DNA of 60,535 nt from Verrucomicrobiota bacterium (GCA_043742955.1 JAYTXL010000446.1:1-60535); one strand, 5' to 3'. Shown: positions 1 to 9,709, counted from the first letter of the stretch. Program-made: numbers and translations. The notes: generated from the sequence alone by a model not told the origin.

Positions 1-288
1 TGGCTGCCCCAGTCCGGCACCCACGTGTTCGTCGTTCCATGCCCCAACTCTCCCATCCCCGGCGCCGCCCGACTAGACGGGGTTAGTAACACGGATACAA
101 TCAAAGTGATGGCTCCACCCGTGGAAGCGGCGGCAAATGAAGCCTTGCTCCGCTTGCTCGCGGAGCGATTGAATTGTTCACGCGGGGCGGTGCAGCTCGT
201 GCGTGGATCTACTTCGCGACACAAAACCATCCTGATTCAGGGCTTGTCCGTGGAAATCATTCTGGCGCGCCTGGCCAACGCTTCGTAG
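1..288 (+). CDS. DUF167/YggU-family small protein, probably 5'-truncated by the window edge
   Basis: The frame is open from nt 1. The C-terminal pattern KVMAPPVEAAANEALLRLLAERL...VQLVRGSTSRHKTILIQG fits the conserved (A/P)P..G.AN..L...LA......V.I..G..SR.K signature of DUF167 proteins. Confidence 0.55.
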   Translation, partial: WLPQSGTHVFVVPCPNSPIPGAARLDGVSNTDTIKVMAPPVEAAANEALLRLLAERLNCSRGAVQLVRGSTSRHKTILIQGLSVEIILARLANAS

Positions 289-346
289 CCGCCCGGTCGC
301 TGCCTCCTTCAGGCTGCGCCTGCGTTTGGGTCCCACGCCCCAGCCG

Positions 347-374
347 CGCAACCTGCAGGTTGCGGATACAAGGG
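347..374. repeat. REP-like unit: 18-bp perfect palindrome CGCAACCTGCAGGTTGCG plus tail GATACAAGGG
   Basis: Palindrome verified by eye. The same unit (CGCAACCTGAAGGTTGCGGCTACAAGAG) recurs twice at 56431-56504. Confidence 0.7.
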
Positions 375-439
375 AATTGCATTCGCCGCATCTTCCCCAT
401 CCGATTGCTCGAGTTTCGTTGAAACCGGTGGAAACGAAA

Positions 440-1255
440 TCAACCCGTGGCCAATTTTGGAAAAAACTTCTCCGCCGTCGCGCACGTGGCTGTGCCGAGT
501 GCTTCCACCGTGCAGCCCTTCACCTGCGCGACCACGGCGCCGATCTCCATTACATAGGCCGGCTCGCAACGCTTTCCGCGATGGGGCATCGGTGCAAGAT
601 AGGGACAATCGGTCTCCAGCATCAATTGATCGAGGGGGGTGGCGGCTACCGTATCGCGCACGCTTTGGGCATTTTTGAAGCTTACGATTCCCGTAAAACT
701 GACCAATGATCCGAGCGCCAAAACGCGCTGCATCGCTTCCGGAGAATCGACAAAGCAATGAAAGACGCCGCGTAACTGGCCGGCCCATGGTTGCATCTGC
801 GCCAGCACGTCCTCCAGTGCGAAACGCTGGTGGATGACGCAGTTCAATTTAAAATGCGCCGCTACTTCCAGCTGCTGTTGAAAAACCATCGCCTGTTTCC
901 GTTTGTAACGCTCGTCATCGGCCACAGTAAACTCTGGCTTTTCGCTCGGTAGATGATGGTAATCCAGCCCCGTCTCGCCAATGGCGACGACCTTGGGATG
1001 TCCGGCTAATCTCCGCAGCGCCGGCCGCAAATCCTCGGGCGCCTCGGATGCATTGCACGGATGCCAGCCGATGGCAGCGAAGACCGAGGGGAATCGCTCA
1101 CTCAGGGCCACCGCCCGCTCGCTGCTGGCCAGATCCGTCCCGATGGAAATCAGCTTGGTCACCCCCGCCGCGTGTGCCCGTTCGATCACCTCCGGCAAGT
1201 CGATGGCGAAATCGGGATAATCCAAGTGCGCGTGTGTTTCGTAAAATATGGACAT
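440..1255 (-). CDS. tatD: TatD-family metal-dependent hydrolase (DNase)
   Basis: 271-aa ORF with an ATG start. It has the N-terminal ETHAHLDYPDF (HxH) motif, WHPCNA and LMLETDCPYLAP motifs typical of TatD/YcfH. Confidence 0.85.
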   Translation of the reverse strand: MSIFYETHAHLDYPDFAIDLPEVIERAHAAGVTKLISIGTDLASSERAVALSERFPSVFAAIGWHPCNASEAPEDLRPALRRLAGHPKVVAIGETGLDYHHLPSEKPEFTVADDERYKRKQAMVFQQQLEVAAHFKLNCVIHQRFALEDVLAQMQPWAGQLRGVFHCFVDSPEAMQRVLALGSLVSFTGIVSFKNAQSVRDTVAATPLDQLMLETDCPYLAPMPHRGKRCEPAYVMEIGAVVAQVKGCTVEALGTATCATAEKFFPKLATG

Positions 1256-1534
1256 GCTGGATCGGCGATGGTCGTTGTCCGTTGCCGAAAACTTTTAAAC
1301 CGTCGCTGGGACGTTGGCGAGTAAAAGCGTGCGCGTCATGCGGGTGCCGCCACACCCTGGTGTAAAATCCGGCACGAGTGGGACGCAATGCGCCCGAGCG
1401 GATGAACTTGCCAAGGTGGGGTGAACGAGGAACTATTGAGTCATCCCGCGATTCCGCCGCGTCCGAATGTTGTTTGGATGTGTCCCTGGGCCCAGAAACA
1501 GTGACGGATCGGGCGAAACTAAAATCGTTGAACT

Positions 1535-3121
1535 ATGAACAACGCAAATTCCCGAAAACGGACCAAGACCACAACTCTGGGCGCGGACACCATTCAAAAC
1601 ACTCGCCGCCAATTTATCAAGGGCAGCGCCGTTCTGCTGGCGGGCGCTGTCGTCCAACCAACAGCCACCGGGGCGGCCGCCGGTGCCCGCCCCAAGTCCG
1701 TGATCCAGTTCGAAAATGAGAAACCGGGTGCCCGCGACTGGCAGTTGACGCGGGTGCGTCTCGACGCGGGCGGTTTTCGCTCCACCTGGATTGAAGGCTA
1801 TTGTTCGCGCCAAAGTGTGCGCACCGGGGAAACGCTGGATATTATGGTGTCGGCCACCCCCGCGCGAAAGTTTCAGTTGGAGATATTCCGCCTGGGCTAT
1901 TACGGCGGACGGGGAGCGCGGTTGATGACGGACCTGGGCGTGCTTCCGGCGCAGACCCAGCCGACGCCGAAGCCGGGCGAAAAGAACCTGCACGAATGCC
2001 GCTGGGAGCCCACCACCCAGCTCAAGATTCCTGCCGACTGGATCAGCGGCGTCTATGTGGGGCGCATGACGACAATCCCGGAAAGTGCGGCGGAGGCATA
2101 TTGGCAGAGCTACGTGGTTTTCATTGTTCGCGACGAACGTCCAGCGGATATTCTTTTCCAATGCTCGGACAACACGTGGCAGGCCTATAACCGCTGGCCC
2201 AACAACTACTCGGTTTACACGCACCCCAAAGGCGGGCAGGGTCCATGGGCCGATGTGAGTTTTGATCGTCCCTACGGTCGCGAGGCGCAGTACACCGGTA
2301 TCGTCAATGACCCGCTCACCGTTGGGGCGGGTGAGTTTCTGCCGTTTGAATTCCCTCTGGCTTACTGGCTGGAGGAGCACGGTTACGATGTCAGCTACTG
2401 CACCAACAGCGACCTGCTGACGCCGGAGCGCGGCCTCAAATGCAAGGCGTTCATCAGCGTCGGACATGACGAGTATTGGGATATCCGTCAGTTTCGCAGC
2501 GTGGAAAAAATGCGCGACGCTGGGGTGAACCTGCTCTTTCTTTCCGGCAATTCCGTCTGCTGGGTCACGCCGTTTCGGGCCAGTTCGGATGGACGGCCGA
2601 ATCGCATCATGTTTCGCGGTGGACCCTACGGCGCCGATAATGTTTATGCCATCGACCGCCAGAAAGATCATGGCCCGTTTCCCGAGCATGGACCGGACGA
2701 AGGGTTGCTCATGGGGGCACGCAACGTGGAACCGGTCAACGGGGGGGGCGATTGGATTTGCACCCAGCCGGACAACTGGATTTTCACGGGCACCGGCATG
2801 AAAAAAGGCGACCGCATTCCCGGTCTCATTGGTTGGGAGTATCATGGTCAGCCGGCGAATATTCCCGGCCTGGAAGTGGTGGGGGCGGGCACGGCCTGGG
2901 TGGGCGGGGACCGGCCGCAGCAATGGACGGCCACGGTTTATCCGGGACCAAAAGGCAATTTTGTGTTCAATGCCGCGACCATTTTTTGGGCTCAGGGATT
3001 ATCGCATCCGCCCGGCCACACGCTCCCCTGGTCGCACTGGAGCCGGCCCCACGGCCCAGATGAGCGGGTCCAGCGCATCACGCAGAATTTGTTGCGCCGG
3101 GCCCTCGGACAGAAGTTGTGA
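1535..3121 (+). CDS. Tat-secreted protein, N,N-dimethylformamidase beta-subunit-like (DUF6605-type) domain
   Basis: Twin-arginine signal NTRRQFIKGSAVLLAGAVV. Blocks CSDNTWQAYNRW and ISVGHDEYWD are as seen in this family. Family assignment is from memory only. Confidence 0.6.
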   Translation: MNNANSRKRTKTTTLGADTIQNTRRQFIKGSAVLLAGAVVQPTATGAAAGARPKSVIQFENEKPGARDWQLTRVRLDAGGFRSTWIEGYCSRQSVRTGETLDIMVSATPARKFQLEIFRLGYYGGRGARLMTDLGVLPAQTQPTPKPGEKNLHECRWEPTTQLKIPADWISGVYVGRMTTIPESAAEAYWQSYVVFIVRDERPADILFQCSDNTWQAYNRWPNNYSVYTHPKGGQGPWADVSFDRPYGREAQYTGIVNDPLTVGAGEFLPFEFPLAYWLEEHGYDVSYCTNSDLLTPERGLKCKAFISVGHDEYWDIRQFRSVEKMRDAGVNLLFLSGNSVCWVTPFRASSDGRPNRIMFRGGPYGADNVYAIDRQKDHGPFPEHGPDEGLLMGARNVEPVNGGGDWICTQPDNWIFTGTGMKKGDRIPGLIGWEYHGQPANIPGLEVVGAGTAWVGGDRPQQWTATVYPGPKGNFVFNAATIFWAQGLSHPPGHTLPWSHWSRPHGPDERVQRITQNLLRRALGQKL

Positions 3122-3143
3122 CCCGGCCGCTGCGGTGTGGCAA

Positions 3144-5057
3144 CTATGGGCTCCTGCCCGGAGCGGTCAAGCGCCGCGAAATGAGTTGTCGAACCTGCGG
3201 CATGGGACAGTGAGCCAGCAGTTTGAGGCCGCGCGCGTGGTCAGCGCCGACGGACGGCTCGAGGCCGTACCAAATCAGGAGTGGCAGATTGGCATCGCCC
3301 GCATCCTCCGGGTGCGCCAGCAGCGCTTCGGCCAAATCCCATCGCTCGCCCACGGGCATTCTTTGCAAGGCCGAGGCCAGCGCCAAGCGCACCATCGGAG
3401 AAGGGTCGGAGCTGGCGAGGCGCTCGTACTCGCGGATCAACCACGCGGGTGGCCGCTTGGATTCACAGCCTAATTCGATGGCCCAGCGGCGGAGGTTTTC
3501 ACTGGGGTGACGCAGCAGATCTTTAAGCACGGGTTCATCCACGCCGCCGGTGACATGCAGTGCCCAGAGCGCGCGTAACTGGCGGGGCACATCCTTTTCG
3601 TGGCGCAACAGGGAGAGCAAGGCTGGGCGCGTTGATTTTTTCAAGCGTCCGTCGGCAGCGCGTTCTTGCAAGAGGCGGCGGGCGTGGCGCACATACCAGT
3701 CGTTCGCCTGGAGTTGCAACTGGACCAGTCTGGCATCGTCCAGCGCGGCCAGATTTAACGGGCCGGGAGGGCGCGACTTGCCGTAAACGATTTTGTAAAT
3801 ACGCCCACTGGTGCGATGGACCCCGTCGTTGTCGTGGCATTCGCCGAGGTCGTTCCAATCGCTGACAAACACCCCGCCGTCGGGGCCGTAATTGATTTTT
3901 ATCCCACGAAACCAGTCATCATTGGCCAGTAAAAAATCATTGGTATGCCGCCCCACGTAACCGGAGCCGCGCCGTTCCAAACGGTCGTTATTGATCCGGT
4001 GGCCGTGGGTGTTGCACATGAAGATGCTGTTCCGGTAGCGCGCCGGCCAGTTGTCACCGAGATAAATCATGGCGCCGACATGCGAATGGCCGCCGCCCAG
4101 CCGGCCGTGTTCGCCCTGGCCGCCGCGCGACTCGACCCAACCGGCCCGCCAGTTCGCGCCCGCGAAATGAAGATGATCGGCGCAATAGCCCATTTCCTGG
4201 TAGGCGTACGGGGCGAACCCCACTCCGGCGGTGCGCTCATACACCGCACCCGGCACGAGATGCCAGAGATGGCCGTTGACGTTGTTCGAAAAGAACAGGT
4301 CGCCGACATCATTGTAGTCGAGTCCCCACGGGTTGACCGTGCCGCGGGCCACGACTTCGAAAATCTTTTTGCTGGGATGATAACGCCAGATCCCGGCATC
4401 CATCGGCGTGCGTTTGTTGGTGGGCGTGCCCGGCGCGCCGACGAAGGAAGGCGTGTGCATCCCGTGCCTTCCGTAGAGCCAGCCGTCCGGCCCCCAGGTC
4501 AGGCCATTGACCATGTTGTGCAGCGCGTTGGTGGTCCAGCCGTCGAGATGAACCACGGGGCGGCCATCCGGGACATCGTCGCCATTGGCGTCCGGAAAGA
4601 AAAGCAATTCGGGTGGTGACAGTGCCCAGACTCCGCCGGATCCATACGCGAGGCTCGTCAGCCGATGACCTTGATCGTAAAATACTTTACGCGTGTCGAA
4701 CTGGCCGTCGTTATCCGTGTCGGTCAAGATGGTAATGCGATCGCTGTTCTCCTTTTTCCAATCAGGATAGGAAAAATTCTCGACCACCCAGAGGCGGCCC
4801 CGGTCGTCGAAATCGAAGTCGATGGGTTGCAGCACGTGAGGTTCACCGGCGAACAGGGAGACGTGAAAACCTTCCGGCACCGTGATGGCCTGGCGCGATT
4901 GCTCCGGTGTCAACGGATGGTCCGTCTGGTTTTGGGTGTTTACCACGCCAGGTGGCAGGCCGGTGTCGGTGGCGTTCGCTTGCAATCCGAGTTGGTTGCT
5001 GGCCACGGTGAGCGCTAGGGCAACGGCAAGACGGAGGTGCATGAATTTTAATCTCAC
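3144..5057 (-). CDS. Secreted beta-propeller (membrane-bound dehydrogenase-like) protein with C-terminal HEAT repeats
   Basis: Signal peptide (M)RLKFMHLRLAVALALTVASN..ANA. The N-terminal block FHVSLFAGEPHVLQPIDFDFDDRGRLWVVE is typical of PVC membrane-bound dehydrogenase domain proteins. The C-terminal half is HEAT-like repeats. No CxxCH motif is present. GTG start at 5057; an ATG alternative lies at 5042. Confidence 0.6.
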   Translation of the reverse strand: MRLKFMHLRLAVALALTVASNQLGLQANATDTGLPPGVVNTQNQTDHPLTPEQSRQAITVPEGFHVSLFAGEPHVLQPIDFDFDDRGRLWVVENFSYPDWKKENSDRITILTDTDNDGQFDTRKVFYDQGHRLTSLAYGSGGVWALSPPELLFFPDANGDDVPDGRPVVHLDGWTTNALHNMVNGLTWGPDGWLYGRHGMHTPSFVGAPGTPTNKRTPMDAGIWRYHPSKKIFEVVARGTVNPWGLDYNDVGDLFFSNNVNGHLWHLVPGAVYERTAGVGFAPYAYQEMGYCADHLHFAGANWRAGWVESRGGQGEHGRLGGGHSHVGAMIYLGDNWPARYRNSIFMCNTHGHRINNDRLERRGSGYVGRHTNDFLLANDDWFRGIKINYGPDGGVFVSDWNDLGECHDNDGVHRTSGRIYKIVYGKSRPPGPLNLAALDDARLVQLQLQANDWYVRHARRLLQERAADGRLKKSTRPALLSLLRHEKDVPRQLRALWALHVTGGVDEPVLKDLLRHPSENLRRWAIELGCESKRPPAWLIREYERLASSDPSPMVRLALASALQRMPVGERWDLAEALLAHPEDAGDANLPLLIWYGLEPSVGADHARGLKLLAHCPMPQVRQLISRRLTAPGRSP

Positions 5058-5111
5058 GCCCCGAAGGCGAACGTCAATCGCTGATCGGGCGGGTACCGAG
5101 CTGGTCGGCTG

Positions 5112-5471
5112 CTACTGTTTAACTACTTTCACATCGCCGGTCTTCGCGTCGTATTCGATTTTCATGCCGGTCGGCGGGGCGGGAAGGGCCGGGATATACT
5201 TCAGGGTCACCAATTCGCCGAGGTCTTTGGGCAGCCGGCCTTCCTGCGCGCCAAAAAGCTGGACCGCACTGTTCAGCGCGGCGGTATCGATCACTTTATC
5301 TGCGAGCTTCTTGCTCTTGGCCAGCATGTTCAAATAGTCAGCGGGCGCGTTGAGCGGGTTCACACCCACAGTGGGTTGTGTCGGAGGAGGGGCGGGAGGG
5401 GCGGGTTTCTTGTCGTCGCACCCGACCAGGGCCAGGCCGGCAACCAAACCAAGTGAGAATTGCGTTTTCAT
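5112..5471 (-). CDS. Small lipoprotein, unknown function
   Basis: Lipobox in MKTQFSLGLVAGLALVGCDDKK, followed by a Pro-rich linker. ATG start. Confidence 0.5.
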   Translation of the reverse strand: MKTQFSLGLVAGLALVGCDDKKPAPPAPPPTQPTVGVNPLNAPADYLNMLAKSKKLADKVIDTAALNSAVQLFGAQEGRLPKDLGELVTLKYIPALPAPPTGMKIEYDAKTGDVKVVKQ

Positions 5472-5548
5472 GGACCGAAGCTAACCCAAAGGTTAAGAAA
5501 TCCAAGACAATATCCGGGCGGCATTGCCTGGCGGGCAGCGGGTTGGGA

Positions 5549-7582
5549 TTACTTCAAAATCGTATTCGCCAAGTCACGCGCGCGTTCGATCAATTCGCGA
5601 TCCCGGACCAAATCGCCAAAGCGAAACGAAGGGAGGCCGCTTTGTTCCTGGCCAAGCAATTCCCCGGGTCCGCGCAATTGCAAATCCGCTTCCGCGATCC
5701 GAAATCCGTCGGTGGTCTCCGCCAAGGCCCGCAAGCGTTGCTTCGCTTCGTCGGTCTTCGCGGCGGCCACCAGGATGCAATACGAATCATGCGCCCCGCG
5801 CCCGATGCGCCCACGGAGTTGGTGCAATTGCGCGAGGCCAAACTGCTCTGCGTTCTCGATGATCATCACGGTGGCGTTGGCCCAGTCGACGCCGACCTCG
5901 ATCACGGAGGTAGCCAGGAGCACCTGGATTTCGTGGGCGCGAAAGGCGGTCATGACGCGCTCCTTTTCCCCGGACTTCAAGCGGCCGTGCAACAAGCCGA
6001 CGCGATAGGGCGTCAATTCCGTTTGCAGCTTTTCCAATTCTTGCGTCACCGCCTTGACGCCGGACTTCAAATCCGCCTCCTCGACGCGCGGATAGACCAC
6101 GTAAGCCTGCCGGCCTTCCGCCAGTCGGTCGCGCAGGAACGCCCACACTTTGGGCAGCTTGTCCGAAGTGCGCACATAAGTTTGAATTCGGCCGCGACCC
6201 GCGGGCAGTTGGTCGATGGTGGAGATGTCCAGATCTCCGTAAAGCGTCAGTCCCAGCGTGCGTGGAATGGGCGTGGCAGTCATCACCAGCAAATGCGGAT
6301 AGTGGCCTTTCCGCACGAGCTTTTCCCGCTGCGACACGCCAAACTTATGTTGCTCGTCGATGATGACCAGACCGAGATTCTCGGGGGTGAAGCCGGACTC
6401 AAGGAGGGCGTGCGTGCCGATGGTGAGGGTAGGGGGCGGTGGAGATGAGTTTGGGTTGAGAGTTGAGCGGGCGGGCACGATTCTCCCCTCGACCGTTAAC
6501 TCGGGCTGACCTCCAACTTCCGTCCGGCGGCTGCCCGTGCGCAAGTCGACTGCGAGGCCGAGGGGTGTGAGCCACTGTTGGAAAAGGTGAAAATGTTGTT
6601 CGGCTAGAATTTCCGTCGGTGCCATGAGCGCAACCTGATAGCCGCTCTCCAGCGTCATCAACGCAGCACAGGCCGCCACCACGGTTTTTCCAGAACCGAC
6701 GTCGCCCTGAAGCAAGCGCCGCATCGGTTGGGCACCGCCGAGATCCTGGCGGAGTTCGCGCAACACCCGCGTTTGTGCTGCGGTGAGCTGGAAACCGAGC
6801 TGGCGCAGAAAGGGTCGGATGAGGTGATTGTCGCCCGCACAGGGCAGGGGACGCGCATTGGCTTGCAACTTGCGGCGGCGGGTTTGAATTTGCCGCTGCA
6901 ACTCGATGAACTCGTCCAGCGCCAGGCGTTGTCGGGCCAGTTCGACCTCGCTGAGCTCATCTGGAAAATGGAGCAGCTGAATCGCGCGGGCGCGGGTGGG
7001 TAAGCCCGTCAGGAGCGGGGCTGGGGGTAATTCAAGGCCCGGGGTTTTGAACTCCTCCAGCGTTCGCCAGATCAAGGCGCGCAGCCAGCGCTGGGGCAGG
7101 CCCTCGGTCAAGGGATAGACCGGCGCAATCCGGTTGAGATGGATGGAGGATTCATCGGTGGCGTGGATGACTTCGGTTTCGGGATGGTCGATGGTGCGCG
7201 GTTTCAACGAATTGGGCTTGCCGAACACAAACACCTCGTCACCCACGGAAAAATATTTCTCCATGAACGGCAGGTTCCACCAGCGGCAATGCAGCCGCGC
7301 CGTGCCGTCCTCGATAATGATTTCGAAAACCGACTTGTTTCCGCCGCGATAACGCTTGAGTCCCTGGGCGACGATCCGGCCCCGGGTGGTGGCGGGTTCG
7401 CCGAGCTTCAAGGCGGAGATGGCGAGAAAATGTCGTCGATCTTCGTAGCGCCGCGGCCGATGCAGCAGCAGGTCACCCACGGTGTGCAAGCGGAGCCGGG
7501 CGAGTTGGGTGGCACGCTCGGGCCCAATGCCGCGCCTGGCCGCCAGCGGTGCGTCCAGTAAGAGAGGAGACGGGTTCGCCAT
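5549..7582 (-). CDS. recG: ATP-dependent DNA helicase RecG
   Basis: Walker A GDVGSGKT, VIIDEQHKFG, MTATPIPRT and QLHQLRGRIGRG motifs, plus an N-terminal wedge-like region. The ORF-track start at 7900 is trimmed to ATG 7582 (alternative ATG at 7600). The upstream 100 codons are translated intergenic repeat and palindrome. Confidence 0.9.
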   Translation of the reverse strand: MANPSPLLLDAPLAARRGIGPERATQLARLRLHTVGDLLLHRPRRYEDRRHFLAISALKLGEPATTRGRIVAQGLKRYRGGNKSVFEIIIEDGTARLHCRWWNLPFMEKYFSVGDEVFVFGKPNSLKPRTIDHPETEVIHATDESSIHLNRIAPVYPLTEGLPQRWLRALIWRTLEEFKTPGLELPPAPLLTGLPTRARAIQLLHFPDELSEVELARQRLALDEFIELQRQIQTRRRKLQANARPLPCAGDNHLIRPFLRQLGFQLTAAQTRVLRELRQDLGGAQPMRRLLQGDVGSGKTVVAACAALMTLESGYQVALMAPTEILAEQHFHLFQQWLTPLGLAVDLRTGSRRTEVGGQPELTVEGRIVPARSTLNPNSSPPPPTLTIGTHALLESGFTPENLGLVIIDEQHKFGVSQREKLVRKGHYPHLLVMTATPIPRTLGLTLYGDLDISTIDQLPAGRGRIQTYVRTSDKLPKVWAFLRDRLAEGRQAYVVYPRVEEADLKSGVKAVTQELEKLQTELTPYRVGLLHGRLKSGEKERVMTAFRAHEIQVLLATSVIEVGVDWANATVMIIENAEQFGLAQLHQLRGRIGRGAHDSYCILVAAAKTDEAKQRLRALAETTDGFRIAEADLQLRGPGELLGQEQSGLPSFRFGDLVRDRELIERARDLANTILK

Positions 7583-7859
7583 GGCGGAATTATAAAGCAT
7601 GGGCGAAGAACAAGGAAGTCGAACCACTACGAATGGACACGAATGCGGTTGGTTTGGGGAATGGCTCGACCGTCCAGCCGCGCAGCCGCGCACGCAGTCC
7701 AAGACCTGAACATTACCCACATCGTTTCGAGATTTTTTGCGACGCGATTGGGCACCCCGTGCCGCCCCCCCGGTCCCGACGGAAGACTTCCCAGTCGCAA
7801 CCTGGTACCGGGCCAGCCACCCGGGCGAGTCCGCCCACACCAACGTCCGCTTTCGAACC

Positions 7860-7901
7860 TTTGACAACCTTTTGTTGCATATGCAACAAAAGGTTGTCAA
7901 A
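7860..7901. repeat. Perfect 42-bp palindrome (21+21, no spacer) in the recG / hypothetical-gene divergent intergenic region
   Basis: tTTGACAACCTTTTGTTGCAT|ATGCAACAAAAGGTTGTCAAa was checked base by base. TTGACA hexamers lie at both outer ends. Confidence 0.95.
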
Positions 7902-8303
7902 TATTCGGGGCAGTCGCGGTCCGCACGCTGCCGTGGGCGGTCGTTGGGCGAGTTGTTCCCCCAGGTTGACGGCTGGCTGGGGAATGTTAGTCAGAGGCCT
8001 TAGCCGAAACTCGAAGCAGGTGCGGCCAGGCCCACGCCCAGCGTCTGTTTTTTCACCCCGAAGTTGTCGGCAATGCCAGGTCCAAGACGCTACCGCGTGA
8101 TTGGAGAGCCTCATGATTCCGCCAGGTTTTGGAGGGCCTTGGGGCACCGGCGCTTTTCGGGTAAACCGGGTCTCCGCAGCGGGAAGATCTCATTCCGCCA
8201 CCCGTACCCCGTAACGCTGCGGATGCAACACCAATCGCGCTCGGTTGATTCGTGGTTTTCCCCGGGGAGTTTCGATCCCACATTGCCCCTTGAGTTTTCG
8301 GCG

Positions 8304-8933
8304 ATGCATCGCATGCTTGAGGTCATGGCTGAAGAATCTGATTCACCGCTGGACCAGCTCTGGCAGGAGTATGGAGCTGTCTTTCGCGATTTCGATGACT
8401 TGACGCTGGCGCGTTGGATGGCGCAAACGCTGGGACAATTGCACGGTCGCGCCTGGCGGTTCTCTCACCCGCTGTTCGGCGCCTACCGGCTTGCAGCGCA
8501 ACTGGCCCATGAGCGGCAGATCTGGCTGAAGCGGCTGGCCACGCCGCCGCGCGACTATTTGGAGGCTTCGTGCTGCCGCGCCCCGCTGTTGCCACTATTG
8601 ACCCGGGACGTGCTGGAATCGGGATTGGTCTGCCAGCATTGCTCGGCCACGGCGGTGCCGTTCGATGAAATTGCGTCGGAGACGCAAACCGCGATCAAAA
8701 AGTGGGCCGACGAATACGCGCCGGTCCATGCGGTCGCGCACTGGGAGGATCGTCGCCGCAAAAGCGTGGGTAATTACGACCGGGCCTTTGAAGCGGCCGC
8801 GGTGAGTGCGGAAAAGCTGCTTTCCTTCGCGGGCACGCAGTTGGCGGGGAATTTGCTGGAGCATTACCCGGCGGTCGTATGGGAAGATCAGGATGAATGT
8901 CTCGAAGTCCGACCCGAAGACATTGAACTCTAG
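8304..8933 (+). CDS. Hypothetical protein with a CC...CxxC cluster
   Basis: ORF 8064-8933 trimmed to ATG 8304 (MHRMLEVMAEESD...). The composition looks coding. No family recognised. Confidence 0.45.
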   Translation: MHRMLEVMAEESDSPLDQLWQEYGAVFRDFDDLTLARWMAQTLGQLHGRAWRFSHPLFGAYRLAAQLAHERQIWLKRLATPPRDYLEASCCRAPLLPLLTRDVLESGLVCQHCSATAVPFDEIASETQTAIKKWADEYAPVHAVAHWEDRRRKSVGNYDRAFEAAAVSAEKLLSFAGTQLAGNLLEHYPAVVWEDQDECLEVRPEDIEL

Positions 8934-8983
8934 CCGCGCGTGAACCGAGAAGCTTCCCGGCGGCGGGCAGCCGGCCAACGGCC

Positions 8984-9709
8984 ATGAAAACATTGTTCAA
9001 ATGGGGTTTTCGCCTCCTGATTTTACTGGTCGTGCTGCTGGTCGCCACGGTGCTTCTGTTTGACCCGGTGGTTACCTCGCTCGCCGAAAGCCGGATCCGC
9101 CGCGCCACCGGCTTGAACGTGAAGATCGGTAAATTGGACATCGGCCTGCTCCACCCCCAATTGACACTGGAAAATTTCAAGCTCTACAATACCGCGGAAT
9201 TCGGGGGTGCGCCGCTGATTGACCTGCCCGAACTCCATTTGGAATACGATCGGGACGCTCTGAGCGCCCGGAAGTTGCGCTTCAAGCTGGTACGGTTTAA
9301 TCTGGCCGAGCTCAATCTCGTGAAGAGCCAGGCGGGACGCACGAACATCATGGAGTTATTCACCCGGCTGCAAACGGCGCCGCTCCGAAAAACCAATGGC
9401 CTGCTGATGGAATTCCAGGGGGTGGATACATTGAATCTGACATTGGGAAAGATCACGCAGACCGATTTAGGGCAAACGAGTCCGCCGCGAGAATTTGATT
9501 TTCGGGTGAAGAATCAGATTTTTACCGGACTCAACACCGAACAGGATGTACAGAACAAACTGCTCCCGGTCTTCGTCCGCGCCGGGATTGCCCTCCTGAC
9601 GGATGGATTGTTCAAACCGCCGAAGGTGCCACTTAAACCAACCGCCGGGAATGGTCCGCGCACTGGTGGAAAAACTTTGGAAGGGGCCGATGCCCCGCTC
9701 AAAAAATAG
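8984..9709 (+). CDS. N-terminally membrane-anchored hypothetical protein
   Basis: ATG start and a single N-terminal TM segment (FRLLILLVVLLVATVLLF). The remainder is soluble-looking. No family assigned confidently. Confidence 0.5.
   Translation: MKTLFKWGFRLLILLVVLLVATVLLFDPVVTSLAESRIRRATGLNVKIGKLDIGLLHPQLTLENFKLYNTAEFGGAPLIDLPELHLEYDRDALSARKLRFKLVRFNLAELNLVKSQAGRTNIMELFTRLQTAPLRKTNGLLMEFQGVDTLNLTLGKITQTDLGQTSPPREFDFRVKNQIFTGLNTEQDVQNKLLPVFVRAGIALLTDGLFKPPKVPLKPTAGNGPRTGGKTLEGADAPLKK

Noticed and set aside
1330-1440. Cobalamin-riboswitch-like string (GGTGTAAAATCCGGCAC) upstream of the DUF6605-like gene
   Set aside because: There is no B12 box (GCCACTG) in the right position and no AGGGAA element, and the downstream gene has no link to cobalamin.
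1433-2923. 496-aa minus-strand ORF
   Set aside because: It is antisense to the Tat-signal DUF6605-like gene, which has clear family blocks. It has no motifs and a shadow-ORF composition. The same reasoning applies to 5378-6448, 20764-21888, 22448-23695, 25609-26793, 26840-28723, 46563-47795 and 58211-59866.
7874-7887. Possible LexA/SOS box (TGTTGC-ATAT-GCAACA) at the core of the palindrome upstream of recG
   Set aside because: From memory, the Verrucomicrobial LexA motif is TGTTC-N4-GAACA. The half-sites here differ, and the symmetry extends far beyond a LexA site. Kept only as a remote alternative under the palindrome finding.
7583-7900. N-terminal 106-codon extension of the recG ORF (track start 7900)
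   Set aside because: The extension is translated palindrome and repeat DNA (the same TTFCCICNKRLS peptide appears on both strands). RecG similarity begins at MANPSPLLLDAP….
7900-8300. Possible structured ncRNA (SRP, 6S, RNase P or tmRNA) in the long recG upstream region
   Set aside because: I looked for the SRP GGAA-tetraloop helix-8 motif, the RNase P GAGGAAAGUCC box and a tmRNA tag reading frame. None was present, and no convincing terminator was seen.
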